Part shown: positions 49,479-59,777 of the stretch, piece by piece | Layout: each line of letters opens with the position of its first letter | How positions within the stretch are numbered: the stretch's first letter is position 1 | NCBI GenBank assembly: GCA_963662285.2 | Contig: CAXXMV010000002.1 | Span: 1,344,001-1,408,000, forward strand | Direction: 5' to 3' | From: a bacterium | GTDB taxonomy: Bacteria > Hinthialibacterota > Hinthialibacteria > Hinthialibacterales > Hinthialibacteraceae | Length of the DNA: 64,000 nucleotides | Program-made: the position numbers and the translations under genes | The notes under the pieces: model-generated | Databases searched by the model: none | Told to the model about the DNA's origin: nothing | The model's input: only the letters and a program-made list of their open reading frames with translations

Positions 49479-50165
49479 TTAATACCCCGGGTATAGTTTC
49501 GCCCTACATTCCGGGCAAATACCATGGCTGAATTCCGCTTCAGGATTCTGAATAAGATAATGCTCAATAGGATGCCAATTGTCTTGATGGTCTCTGATGC
49601 TCTTGCAGCTGGCGCATATAGTAACCAAACCGCGTAGGGCTTGAATCTCCATCAAATAGTCTGTTAGTTGTTGGTTTTTGTCGCCAAGAACCTGGTTCAT
49701 ATATATCATTGCCAGATGCGACTCTATCAAACCACGGAATTTCATCATTAGTTTTTCGGTGGTTTTTGAATATTCATTTGGTTTGCTATCCAGCACGCAA
49801 AGAGTTCCAAATGGCTTTTTGTCAGGTAGTAGAATGGGAAATCCCAAATAAGAAATCAAATTATGTTTGACGTCTGGATTATTTTTCCAGTTTGCATCCT
49901 TCAATGCGTCTGGAACTAAAAGTTTATTTTGCGTCTTGATCACTCTTTCACAATAGAGACCGGAGCCAAATAAAGTCTCCTTATCACTGGGATGGTAAGG
50001 ATTGCCATTGCTTTTGCTCGAAACAAAAACCTCGATATCAGGGTCTAGAAATCGCATAATCAATGCGACAGGGATACTAAGCATTTCCGCCAGGATATTG
50101 GCGATTTCCTGCCAGTTTTCCAATATGTCGGTTGGCACGTCAATCTTGACTTGTTGATTTATCAT
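49479..50165 (-). CDS. GAF-domain protein with a C-terminal Cys4 (CxxC..HGxCxxC) motif
   Basis: GLYC, SYLGFPI, FGTLCVLD GAF core; ICASCKSIRD..W..FSHGICPEC. Confidence 0.85.
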   Translation of the reverse strand: MINQQVKIDVPTDILENWQEIANILAEMLSIPVALIMRFLDPDIEVFVSSKSNGNPYHPSDKETLFGSGLYCERVIKTQNKLLVPDALKDANWKNNPDVKHNLISYLGFPILLPDKKPFGTLCVLDSKPNEYSKTTEKLMMKFRGLIESHLAMIYMNQVLGDKNQQLTDYLMEIQALRGLVTICASCKSIRDHQDNWHPIEHYLIQNPEAEFSHGICPECRAKLYPGY

Positions 50166-50228
50166 TTGCCTTTTCCTAACTAGAGTATTATACAATGTAA
50201 CTAATAAATAAGTATGTTTAATTGTCTA

Positions 50229-50492
50229 CTAAGTTATTAACAAGACTACAGATGATAGACCAAAAAGAAAAAAACTCAGTTGATATGAATAGCTGATAAA
50301 TGCTATGGATACCTGATAGATTGAAAAATCATTGAGGGTATCGGCAACCGCAGGCGATATTCTTCCTAAAAGAATTCCACCCGCAATACAAAGCAGAATC
50401 CATACCGTCAAATATCGCTCAAAGATGGATAATTTTTTTCCTTCATGTGCTTTAATTCTCCTGTTTTTCTTTATGTTTAGAGAGTTTAGCAT
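50229..50492 (-). pseudogene. acr3: Remnant of an Acr3-family arsenite exporter
   Basis: KLSIFERYLTVWILLCIAGGILLG..QVSI matches the Acr3 N-terminus, but the ORF is only 87 aa (full length about 350). Confidence 0.7.
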
Positions 50493-50500
50493 GAAACGCT

Positions 50501-51712
50501 TTATTTATCCTTATCGATGAGACTATCAACCACCAAAGCGCAGGTGGAATCGCCGGTTATGTTGAGGATGGTTCGCAGCATGTCGAATATTCGATCCACG
50601 CCGAAGAGCAGGGGGACGCCGATGACGGGGATTTTTGCAGCAATCAATACTGCAACCACCAGTAGTGTTGGGCCGGGGATGCCCGCCTGTCCTATAGAGC
50701 CGAGTGTAGAGGTCAATACAATCGTAACATACTCAGGCATACCTAATTCAATGCCGAAGAGATTGGCGCAAAACACCGCGACCAGCGAATAATAAATAGC
50801 GCTGCCGTCCATGTTGATGGTGGCGCCCAGGGGAAGTACGAAGGAGGATGTTTCTTTAGAGACGCCTAATTTTTCCTGGCATACCTGCATAGTAACGGGC
50901 AAAGTGGCCATTGAGGAAGAAGTCGATAAAGCAACCAGTTGGGCTTCTGATATAACGCGGAAAAAGCGCCAAACCGATGTCTTGGTGAAGTATTTAATCA
51001 AGAATGAATAGACGCCGAACATTTGAAAGAGGACTGCGGCTATATTTAATAATAAGAGATTAATCAACACGCCTAGTAAGTCAAAACCGAATGTCCCGAT
51101 GGCGTCGGCCATGAGTCCGAAAATGCCGATAGGCGCGGTATACAGTATCTTGTGAATCATCCAGATAAACACTTCGTTGAACGAGTTGAGATGTTGAAAA
51201 ATGGGGTCTTTCTTCTCTGCGGGCAACACCGAAAGCCCGAAGCCTAAGAACATACTGAAGAAAAGAATTTGCAGGATGTTGCCGGAAATGAGCATCTCAA
51301 TGGGATTGCCGGGTATCAGATTGAGCATGATAGTCCAGAAACCGCCCTGCGACTCATGGTTGATATATTCATTGGAAAATGAACTTTGCAATTGGGTCAT
51401 ATCCAATCCACTGCCGATTTCGAAGACAACCCCGAAAACCAAACCAACTATACAAGAGATAAAAGTTGTAAACAGATATAACGAGAAACAGTAAATACCC
51501 AGTTTGCCGGCCGATTTGGCGGAACCGATGGAGGCGGTTCCCAGAATGATCGACACTGCGACCAAGGGGACGACCAGCATCATGATCAGTTTTATGAACA
51601 ACTGCCCTAGCGGAGCGAACATGCTGGCTGATTCTCCGAAAATAACGCCCACCAGTACGCCTATAATCATGGCGACCAGGATATAAATACTCAGATCGAA
51701 TTTGTTCTTCAT
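50501..51712 (-). CDS. Dicarboxylate/amino acid:cation symporter (DAACS, GltP-like)
   Basis: FIKLIMMLVVP, STSSSMATLP, LPLGATINMDG, VDRIFDMLRT, NITGD. Confidence 0.93.
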   Translation of the reverse strand: MKNKFDLSIYILVAMIIGVLVGVIFGESASMFAPLGQLFIKLIMMLVVPLVAVSIILGTASIGSAKSAGKLGIYCFSLYLFTTFISCIVGLVFGVVFEIGSGLDMTQLQSSFSNEYINHESQGGFWTIMLNLIPGNPIEMLISGNILQILFFSMFLGFGLSVLPAEKKDPIFQHLNSFNEVFIWMIHKILYTAPIGIFGLMADAIGTFGFDLLGVLINLLLLNIAAVLFQMFGVYSFLIKYFTKTSVWRFFRVISEAQLVALSTSSSMATLPVTMQVCQEKLGVSKETSSFVLPLGATINMDGSAIYYSLVAVFCANLFGIELGMPEYVTIVLTSTLGSIGQAGIPGPTLLVVAVLIAAKIPVIGVPLLFGVDRIFDMLRTILNITGDSTCALVVDSLIDKDK

Positions 51713-51837
51713 TAATGAACCTCGTTTTAGAATTGATTGACAATATGCCGTTTTATAAGGGAGGTCAAGAATTGCGCGGGATCATCTGATCTGAGTATTG
51801 GAAATATCACTGGAGATATCCATGCAACGGTAATTGC

Positions 51838-52164
51838 TTAAACAAAGAGTTTCATCAGTGAATAACTAATTACAAAAAATATTGGTAAGGACAATACAAT
51901 TATTCCAATGCCTTCGATAAAACTATCCGGTCTGAACACCGCATAAAAAATCACATAAAAAGCGACGCGACTAAGATACCGAAGAACATCAATTTGAGTT
52001 GCAGCGGCTAAATACAATCCAAACAACACGCAAGTTATAATCACCGTAACCAGCAATTCAGTGATGGTGAATTTATCTTCTTCGTCACGAAATTGATTTA
52101 CGATAACATTCGCCAGAAATAACGAGACGCCATAGCCTGATAGTTGTACAAGCGCAAAGATCAT
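51838..52164 (-). CDS. Small hypothetical membrane protein (about 4 TM)
   Basis: 108-aa hydrophobic ORF. Confidence 0.6.
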   Translation of the reverse strand: MIFALVQLSGYGVSLFLANVIVNQFRDEEDKFTITELLVTVIITCVLFGLYLAAATQIDVLRYLSRVAFYVIFYAVFRPDSFIEGIGIIVLSLPIFFVISYSLMKLFV

Positions 52165-52487
52165 AATATTAACTTTCGTAATTACAATATTGCTTATTAT
52201 CTATTTCAACTATTCCACACCCAAGCGTCATAATATAGGGTAATGCTGTAAAATTGCACGAATACAAAACGCATGGTGGATGCAAATAAAAGCGCGTCTT
52301 ATTATACTGTTCTGATATCATGTCTCGCAGAATCAAGAAAGTACAATCTAAAGCCTTTATTAAATATCCAAGGGCATTTGAACATTGAATTTCAACAATT
52401 TAGAACCGTTGCTCCCCCTCTGCATGGATTTTTAAGTGCTATTATTAAACAATATATTCCAAACAGGCGTCATCAATTATAAAGATA

Positions 52488-53624
52488 ATGAAGAGAGCAA
52501 GTTATTTTTTTATCATAGCATTTATTATAGGCTTGGCGTTGCATCAGGCATGGTGCTGCGATGTTCCGGTTTTTCGTTATGCTTTGGAGCGTTGGCCAGC
52601 CGATAATTTCATGATTCTGCTATGCCATAGCGGCGAATTAACCCCTGAACAAAAAGAAGTTGCGGACTCTCTGCAAAAGGCTTCGTTCGATGAAACAGGA
52701 TTCAATTTTGAGATGCAACGCCTGGATGTCGCCGCAATAGATAAAGCAGACTTAAAACTAACAGTAGACGGCGCCGAACCTCCGGCATTGCCATATCTGG
52801 TTATTCGATATCCACGGATTATAAATGGTGGAACAGTGCTGGAAACCGGGCCTTTGACAATGGATTATGTTCGCTCACTGGTTGATTCACCAGTTCGACG
52901 CGACATCGCCCGACTTATACTTGAAGGCAATACAGCGGTTTGGGTGTTTCTGGATAGCGGCGACCCAAGCAAGGATGATGCGGCTTTCGAGCAGGTGCAA
53001 GCCCAGATAGAGAAACTGAAGAATACCGTCAGGCTGCCGGATAGTTCAGATGTCACCGAAGCGGATACTATTGAACTTAATGATCCACAGAACACACTGC
53101 GCATAGATTTCAGCTGCATCCGCGTTTCCCGTGACGACCCGAAAGAACGTTTTCTGGTTGAGCAACTATTATGCAGCGAGGGCGATTTGAAAGAATACCC
53201 GGAACCGATGCTGTTCCCCATTTTTGGCCGGGGACGCATCTTATACGCCCTGGTCGGCGCTGGTATAACCGAAGATAATATGCTGGAAGCGGCGCAGTTC
53301 ATAACCGGTCCATGCACCTGCATAATCAAGGATGATAATCCTGGAGTTGATCTTTTGATGTCAATCAATTGGGATAATGCGCTTGAAACACTGATGGTTC
53401 AAGACCGCGCCATGCCGCTGCCATTTGGCTTGTATGAGGTTGTGGCAGATGCGTCACAGGATGCATCTCAGATATCAGATATATCCAAAGACGTTGATTT
53501 ATATTCAATTGATTCACCCAAAAAGAATAAATCTTTATTTCGAAATCTTTTTATTGGAGCAATCGTCGTTCTGATAATCAACACCATATTTCTCGTAACA
53601 TTAATCAGAAGAAAAAGAAATTAA
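52488..53624 (+). CDS. Exported, C-terminally membrane-anchored Cys-motif protein of unknown function
   Basis: Signal peptide; CCDVPVFRYALERW; FPIFGRGR; GPCTCIIK; C-terminal TM plus RRKR. Confidence 0.8.
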   Translation: MKRASYFFIIAFIIGLALHQAWCCDVPVFRYALERWPADNFMILLCHSGELTPEQKEVADSLQKASFDETGFNFEMQRLDVAAIDKADLKLTVDGAEPPALPYLVIRYPRIINGGTVLETGPLTMDYVRSLVDSPVRRDIARLILEGNTAVWVFLDSGDPSKDDAAFEQVQAQIEKLKNTVRLPDSSDVTEADTIELNDPQNTLRIDFSCIRVSRDDPKERFLVEQLLCSEGDLKEYPEPMLFPIFGRGRILYALVGAGITEDNMLEAAQFITGPCTCIIKDDNPGVDLLMSINWDNALETLMVQDRAMPLPFGLYEVVADASQDASQISDISKDVDLYSIDSPKKNKSLFRNLFIGAIVVLIINTIFLVTLIRRKRN

Positions 53625-53733
53625 ATCTCTACCGGAAAACACTTGCTAATAATTCTTTAATATTGGCATAGTATTATTTTTATAAAAACCGTTTTCGACT
53701 TTTTACCGTTTAGCCATAACTGAAAGAAAAATC

Positions 53734-56700
53734 ATGAAACATCTTTTGCAAATCTCTATTCTATTCATCTTGCTTATATTCTGCTCCTCCGTATTTGCAG
53801 AAGACTGGCCTATGTGGCGCTATGATGCAGGGCGAAACGCTGCAACGCCGCAGCAACTTCCCTATGATCTTCACTTGCAATGGGTGCGCGAATATCCCCG
53901 TCTGGAACCAGTGTGGGATGATCCTCTCAATAGAGACATAATGCATTATGACGCCTTCTACGAGCCAGTGGTTTATGGGCAGACTCTCTTCCTGGGTTCT
54001 AATGCATTTGATCGGATGATCGCAATCGATACTGTCTCCGGCGAGGAGAAATGGGCTTATTACGTCGAAGGTCCGGTTCGTTTTCCTCCAGTGGTGGATA
54101 ATGGCAAAGTCTATTTTGTCAGCGATGACGGCTGGCTCTATTGCCTGTCAACCGATCAAGGCGAGTTAGTCTGGAAATACCGGGGCGTTCCAAAAGATCG
54201 TCTTCTATTGGGTAACAAACGCATAATCTCTACCTGGTGCGCAAGAGGCGGGCCGGTTATTAAAGACGGCATAGTATATTTCGGCGCGGGCATCTGGCCT
54301 TTCATGGGCGTGTTTCTCTTTGCTATAGATGCTGAAACCGGACAGGAAATTTGGGTCAATGATGGCGTCAGTTCGACTTACATCAAACAGCCTCATAATT
54401 CTCCTTCGTTTGCAGGCATTGCGCCGCAGGGCAGTTTTGTCATTGCGGGAGATAAATTATTAGTCCCTGGAGGGCGCTCGGTTCCCGCCTGTTTCGATCT
54501 TAAAACAGGTGAATTCCAATACTATAGACTAGCTGATAGCGGCAAAACCGGCGGAGCGTTTGTAAGCGCAACCAAGAATCACTTCGTCAATTATTATCGC
54601 GATAAAGTCGTGGATTTTTATGACTTAAAAACAGGCGACCGCTTGATTGGCGCTATGGGAAAAATGCCGGTACTTACCGAGGACGCCTTTTATTGCAGAG
54701 GCGAAAAAATAACCGCCCTGGATTACACTAACTTTACAAAAAAGGTAAAAGAAGAGATCATTACAGATGAAGAGACAGACGAAGTAACAATAAAGAAAAC
54801 AACATACTGGGAAATAAAATCTTTATGGGAAATCGATATCGACGCCAGCGGCGACCTGATAAAAGCAGGCGACCGACTTTTCGCCGGAGGCGCGGGTGTG
54901 GTATCCGCCATAGATCTTCCATATAACCAGGCGGCGCAACCAGCCGCATCCTGGCAAAGTAAGATCGAAGGAACCGTTGCGCGGCTGGTTGCGGCTGACG
55001 ATAAACTGTTTGTGGTTACCATCGAAGGCCTTATCTACGCCTTCGGCGCCGATCCTGTTAAAGCCCAAAATCATCCATATATTGTTAAGACCAATCAGAT
55101 ATCTCCGGTATCTGAAAATAGAGCCAATGAAATAATCAAAGCCGCCCAAACCACTGAAGGATACTGCCTGGTTTATGGCGCGGAGGATGGCGATTTCCTG
55201 GAAGCACTGGTTCGCAATTCAGCTATGAATGTTATTGCGATGATCCCGGATGCTGCTATAGTTGATGCTCTACGCAGGCGATTCGCCGCAAGCGGTTTAT
55301 ATGGTGAGCGGTTATCAATTCGGGTGGGAAATATTAGTTCATTATCTATGCCTCAATATCTGGCCAGTTTAATTATCATTGATGAAAAAGACACATCGGG
55401 CGCTGGGCAGGAAAAACTGATACCTAAAATGTTCGACCAGCTTCGTCCCTATGGCGGAGTCGCTTGCATCCAGGTTGAAAAAGTCAATATGATAACTGCA
55501 ATAAAATCTATACAACAGTGCAAGTTGCCTAAAGCCAAAATATGTCAGTCTAATGAATATCTGCTGGTCAAACGCGAGGGAGCGCTGCTCGGCTCTGCTT
55601 CCTGGACGCACCAATACGGAGATGTTGCCAATACAGTCAAATCGGATGATGAACGGGTTAAACTACCCCTTGGTCTCCTATGGTTCGGCGGCAGTTCCAA
55701 TATGGATGTTCTTCCCCGGCATGGACATGGCCCGCCCGAACAGGTGATTGGCGGTCGTTTGTTTATTGAGGGCATGGATTCTCTTAGCGCCAGAGACGTA
55801 TACACTGGCCGGGTATTATGGAAGCGCATCTTACCAAAACTGGGTACAGAAGGTATATACTTTGACGATACTTACAAAGATACCCCTCTTTCAACCGCCT
55901 ATAATCAAATCCACATACCCGGCGCTAATGCGCGCGGCGCCAACTTCGTGGCAACCCACGACAAGATTTACATCATTCATGATGAGCAATGCCTGGCGCT
56001 TGATCCAGCCACAGGAGAAACCATAACAACACTCAGTCTCCCCGATGATTTTCTGATTGGTCCTGCTGAAAAATGGGGCTATCTCGGCGTATATAAGGAT
56101 TACCTGATTGCCGGGGCGGGTTTGGTTAAATACACCGATTTTATTGAAGTTGATCCAGAAACCGCATCAAAGAAGTTACCATTTGTCAATTATGATAATT
56201 CAGCCAGCAAGCGCCTGGTAGTTATGAACCGCCATTCAGGTGAGGTGATATGGTCATTTAACTCCGATCTTGGTTTGCGGCATAACGCCATAGTCGCCGG
56301 AAATAATACAATATTCTGCATTGATAAAATGCCTGCTCCGGCGGAAAAGACCTTAAAAAGAAGAGGCAAGAAATATATCGGTACGCCCCGTCTGCTCGCT
56401 TTTGATATCAGTAATGGCAACATAAGATGGAGTTCCGCCAAGAATGTATTCGGTACCTGGCTGGGGTATTCTGAAGAGAACGACATCCTTATTCAGTCAG
56501 GGCGCTATTCACGCGATATGTTGAATGAAGAACCTGAAGGCATGGCAGGCTATCAAGGCGCCGATGGCGCTCCTTTATGGGAGACCGGAGTATCTTCTGG
56601 AGGTCCATCGATTCTTCATCATAAGACAATCATTAGTGGAAAAAAATCTTATAGTCTCTTGACTGGCGAAATTGAAAATCTACCTCATCCTATTACAGGC

Positions 56701-57564
56701 GAAGAAATCGATTGGAAATTTTTCCGTAATTATGGGTGCAACTACGCCATCGCATGTGAAAACCTGATGACTTTCCGATCCGCCGCCGCCGGATTTTTTG
56801 ACCTGACTCAATTCTCAGGTACAGGAAACTTTGGTGGTTTTAAATCCAGTTGCACCTCTAACCTGATCGCCGCCGATGGAGTATTGAACGCGCCGGATTA
56901 CACCCGTACCTGTTCATGCAGCTATCAAAACCAGACATCTCTGGCTTTAGCGCACGATCCCGAAGTTGAAACCTGGACTTTTAACGATATCGACTTGGGC
57001 GAGGGAAACATCAAGCGCCTGGGAATAAATCTTGGCGCTCCCGGAGACCGCCGAACAGAGGATGGAACCTTGTGGTTGGAGTATCCATACATAGGAGGCC
57101 CCTCCCCTGACATTAAGATTACCACGAGTCCAGAAAAATCCGGCTGGTTTCATCATCACTCGGTGCGTATGAATGATGGCGCCGTGAAGTGGATCGCCTC
57201 CTCCGGCGCTCAGGGGCTTCGGCGTATAGTGATACCTGTGGGCAATCCAACCAAAGATGATCTTCGTTATATGGTCAAGTTGCATTTTTCTGAACCGGAA
57301 ACCATTGAAGTCGGAGACCGTGTGTTTAATCTATCCATCAATGGAGAACAAGTATTGAAGGATTTTGACGTTTTACATGAAGCAGGCGCCATACGTACAG
57401 GAATCATTAGAAAATTCAATAATATCCCAATTACTAAAGATTTAGTAATTGAACTGGCGCCAAGCAGTTCAGCGCCAAACTGTAAATCTGTCTTATGCGG
57501 CATAGAACTGGTTTCGGTTGATTATTCTATTCCAGGCGAAGCGGTTATCTTAGGTAAGAATTAA
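53734..57564 (+). CDS. Large secreted PQQ-like beta-propeller protein with a central methyltransferase-like fold and C-terminal malectin-like domain
   Basis: EDWPMWRYD, repeated xDxxTGxxxW blades, LRPYGG, WTHQYGD, RNYGC, CSCSY; VKLHFSE..RVFNLSING..DFDV malectin-like end. Confidence 0.8.
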   Translation: MKHLLQISILFILLIFCSSVFAEDWPMWRYDAGRNAATPQQLPYDLHLQWVREYPRLEPVWDDPLNRDIMHYDAFYEPVVYGQTLFLGSNAFDRMIAIDTVSGEEKWAYYVEGPVRFPPVVDNGKVYFVSDDGWLYCLSTDQGELVWKYRGVPKDRLLLGNKRIISTWCARGGPVIKDGIVYFGAGIWPFMGVFLFAIDAETGQEIWVNDGVSSTYIKQPHNSPSFAGIAPQGSFVIAGDKLLVPGGRSVPACFDLKTGEFQYYRLADSGKTGGAFVSATKNHFVNYYRDKVVDFYDLKTGDRLIGAMGKMPVLTEDAFYCRGEKITALDYTNFTKKVKEEIITDEETDEVTIKKTTYWEIKSLWEIDIDASGDLIKAGDRLFAGGAGVVSAIDLPYNQAAQPAASWQSKIEGTVARLVAADDKLFVVTIEGLIYAFGADPVKAQNHPYIVKTNQISPVSENRANEIIKAAQTTEGYCLVYGAEDGDFLEALVRNSAMNVIAMIPDAAIVDALRRRFAASGLYGERLSIRVGNISSLSMPQYLASLIIIDEKDTSGAGQEKLIPKMFDQLRPYGGVACIQVEKVNMITAIKSIQQCKLPKAKICQSNEYLLVKREGALLGSASWTHQYGDVANTVKSDDERVKLPLGLLWFGGSSNMDVLPRHGHGPPEQVIGGRLFIEGMDSLSARDVYTGRVLWKRILPKLGTEGIYFDDTYKDTPLSTAYNQIHIPGANARGANFVATHDKIYIIHDEQCLALDPATGETITTLSLPDDFLIGPAEKWGYLGVYKDYLIAGAGLVKYTDFIEVDPETASKKLPFVNYDNSASKRLVVMNRHSGEVIWSFNSDLGLRHNAIVAGNNTIFCIDKMPAPAEKTLKRRGKKYIGTPRLLAFDISNGNIRWSSAKNVFGTWLGYSEENDILIQSGRYSRDMLNEEPEGMAGYQGADGAPLWETGVSSGGPSILHHKTIISGKKSYSLLTGEIENLPHPITGEEIDWKFFRNYGCNYAIACENLMTFRSAAAGFFDLTQFSGTGNFGGFKSSCTSNLIAADGVLNAPDYTRTCSCSYQNQTSLALAHDPEVETWTFNDIDLGEGNIKRLGINLGAPGDRRTEDGTLWLEYPYIGGPSPDIKITTSPEKSGWFHHHSVRMNDGAVKWIASSGAQGLRRIVIPVGNPTKDDLRYMVKLHFSEPETIEVGDRVFNLSINGEQVLKDFDVLHEAGAIRTGIIRKFNNIPITKDLVIELAPSSSAPNCKSVLCGIELVSVDYSIPGEAVILGKN

Positions 57565-57653
57565 GTGTTTTAAAAAGAGCGTCTAATAGACAGAATGCGC
57601 CCGCCTGACATCATTATGAAAACAGCAGTTCGATTATGATGTTGACAACCGCT

Positions 57654-58841
57654 CTAGTTGGTTCCTTGATAAGCCGGATCGAAGCGTTGAGGTAAAGATT
57701 CGAATCGTTCCCGGTATAGTTCGTCTAATGATTCGTTGGCGTCCAGACCTACTCCCCGCATCATTGAGGGTTTCAATTCGCTTAGGATTTTCATATCTCC
57801 CTGTCCTGCGCGATTAATTTGGGATTGAATTTCCGCCATAGTACTTTTGACATCTTCTTCTTTTACATCTGGATCGAACTCGACCAGGTCTATGAATACG
57901 CTTTGGATGCTGTTTTTCAGGTCCTCCAGTTTATGGAGGGATTTTGAGTGGACGGCTTTATTGGTGGAAATTGTATTCAGCATTCCTTGCAGAGCTTCAC
58001 CCTTACTAGTTAAATCGGCCTGTTTTGTTTCCACAATTTTCTTAAGAATATCGGGATTTGCGGTTGAGGTCTGAGAATCGATCAGGAAAGAGTCAAACTT
58101 GCTTCGTGCGGATGCATACGCTTTTTGGGCGTCAGGAAGACCTTTTTTCGTCTCATTAACCAGTATTAAAGATTGAATTGCACTCTGAAGAGTAGGGATA
58201 TAGTCAATGGAGAAACGGTAAAATACTCCTGCCGCTGAGCGAAGATCATCCAAAGATGGATTGGCGTTTTGAGACCAATAGGTAACTTCACTGGCAAAGG
58301 CTAAAAACTGCGCTTTTTTTTCGGTTGGAACTCCCAAAAATTTACCATTTTTCAATTTGCGCACGGAGTGAAGGTTTTCGCTGGAATCTGATTCAGACAC
58401 GCAGGCGTAGAGCGTTCCATGGGATAGATAAACATCCCCGAATTTGAAGGGAAAACACAAAAATTCATATAACGAATTGATGCGTATCATGGCAGCTGAA
58501 CCGTAATCATTGAATTGTATAGAGTTATTGGCTGAGTCGGATCCTTCAAATGAAGGAGCTAATCCTGTTGTCCGGGAATTCCAAGGCCCCGGGATGTTTG
58601 CAACTAAACTGCCGGTTACTCGTGGGCTCCATACGGCATTACCCGCTTCAATACTAAAAAATACAGGCAGTTTAGCGTCTTGCCTTAAATCAACAATGAC
58701 ATCAATAACCTGTTGTGAATAATTGGTGGAAGCATTTCCCCTAAGTTCAAGAAATGATTGAACATATACTTTTTTCATAGCGCAACCGCTTAAAGAAAAT
58801 ACTAAAATCAGCATAAATATAAATAGATTAATTTTTCTCAT
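57654..58841 (-). CDS. Hypothetical lipoprotein with long helical/coiled-coil C-terminal half
   Basis: Lipobox LSGC after a signal peptide; GAGG SD. Confidence 0.75.
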   Translation of the reverse strand: MRKINLFIFMLILVFSLSGCAMKKVYVQSFLELRGNASTNYSQQVIDVIVDLRQDAKLPVFFSIEAGNAVWSPRVTGSLVANIPGPWNSRTTGLAPSFEGSDSANNSIQFNDYGSAAMIRINSLYEFLCFPFKFGDVYLSHGTLYACVSESDSSENLHSVRKLKNGKFLGVPTEKKAQFLAFASEVTYWSQNANPSLDDLRSAAGVFYRFSIDYIPTLQSAIQSLILVNETKKGLPDAQKAYASARSKFDSFLIDSQTSTANPDILKKIVETKQADLTSKGEALQGMLNTISTNKAVHSKSLHKLEDLKNSIQSVFIDLVEFDPDVKEEDVKSTMAEIQSQINRAGQGDMKILSELKPSMMRGVGLDANESLDELYRERFESLPQRFDPAYQGTN

Positions 58842-59052
58842 TATTTTTCCTCTTAATATTTGATTTCAAGTAGAGTTGTTTTCATAATAACGTTCTGATT
58901 CATCAGTGGATATGCATAGTTCAAAAAAATCTGTATTAGTTTTATTATCGTTTCATAATATATACAAATAATAATAACTCAAATATACATCGAAAGCCAT
59001 AAATACTTTTCCGGGATAATTTCATGATTTCAAGAATAAATCATGAAATCAC

Positions 59053-59081
59053 TTGCAAAAAGATTGATTTTGTGTTACTTT
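59053..59081 (+). promoter_or_regulatory. Possible sigma-70 promoter of the right-end operon
   Basis: TTGCAA-N17-TACTTT with an extended -10 TG, about 57 nt before the ATG. Confidence 0.35.
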
Positions 59082-59138
59082 ACATCATTCTCTAAAGAAT
59101 GTAAATTGATGCTTTTTTTAGCCTACCCAAGGAGAAAC

Positions 59139-59741
59139 ATGATGAAATCGACTAAAGTAGCAAGTAATGAAGAAAGCACATCTGTGAATGAAAAAATCAA
59201 AGAAGATGGTTCCGTTCAAAATGATGAATCCATTACGAAAATTAAACCAAGTGAACTGCTAGATGATGCCCGTGAGATTGTTAAGAAAAATACTTATTGG
59301 GCGATGGGCGTAGGATTGGTTCCAATGCCAGTTATTGATATATTAGGAGTTGGCGCATTTCAGGCAAAAGCCTTGAAAGAATTATCTGACCTATACGGTA
59401 TAACATTTTTCGAACACAAAGTGAAAAATATTATTGCGGTTTTGGTTAGTGGTTTGAGCACTCCGGTTTTGGCCGCAGCTTTGTTTGGAACAATGGTAAA
59501 ATTTATTCCCGGATTGGGGACTCTGATGGGAATCGCCGCCACTCCGGCCATCGCGGGCGCCGTGACTTTCGCAACGGGACAAGTATTCATCCAGCATTTC
59601 GAATCAGGTGGAACTTTTCTTGATTTCGATCCGCAAAAAGTGAAGGATTATTTCAACGAGCAGATCAAAATAGGGATTGAATTGGCCAAAGAAAAAGAAG
59701 AGGCGCCAGCAACAGCAGAGGTTGCCAACGCCGAAAATTAG
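59139..59741 (+). CDS. DUF697 (YcjF-like) domain protein
   Basis: AMGVGLVPMPVID, Q...ELSDLYG, KFIPGLG, AGAVTFATG.VF..HFESGG; AAGGAG SD before ATG 59139. Confidence 0.75.
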   Translation: MMKSTKVASNEESTSVNEKIKEDGSVQNDESITKIKPSELLDDAREIVKKNTYWAMGVGLVPMPVIDILGVGAFQAKALKELSDLYGITFFEHKVKNIIAVLVSGLSTPVLAAALFGTMVKFIPGLGTLMGIAATPAIAGAVTFATGQVFIQHFESGGTFLDFDPQKVKDYFNEQIKIGIELAKEKEEAPATAEVANAEN

Positions 59742-59777
59742 GATGCAATTTTACTTGATTGCGCCAATTCTATTGTT

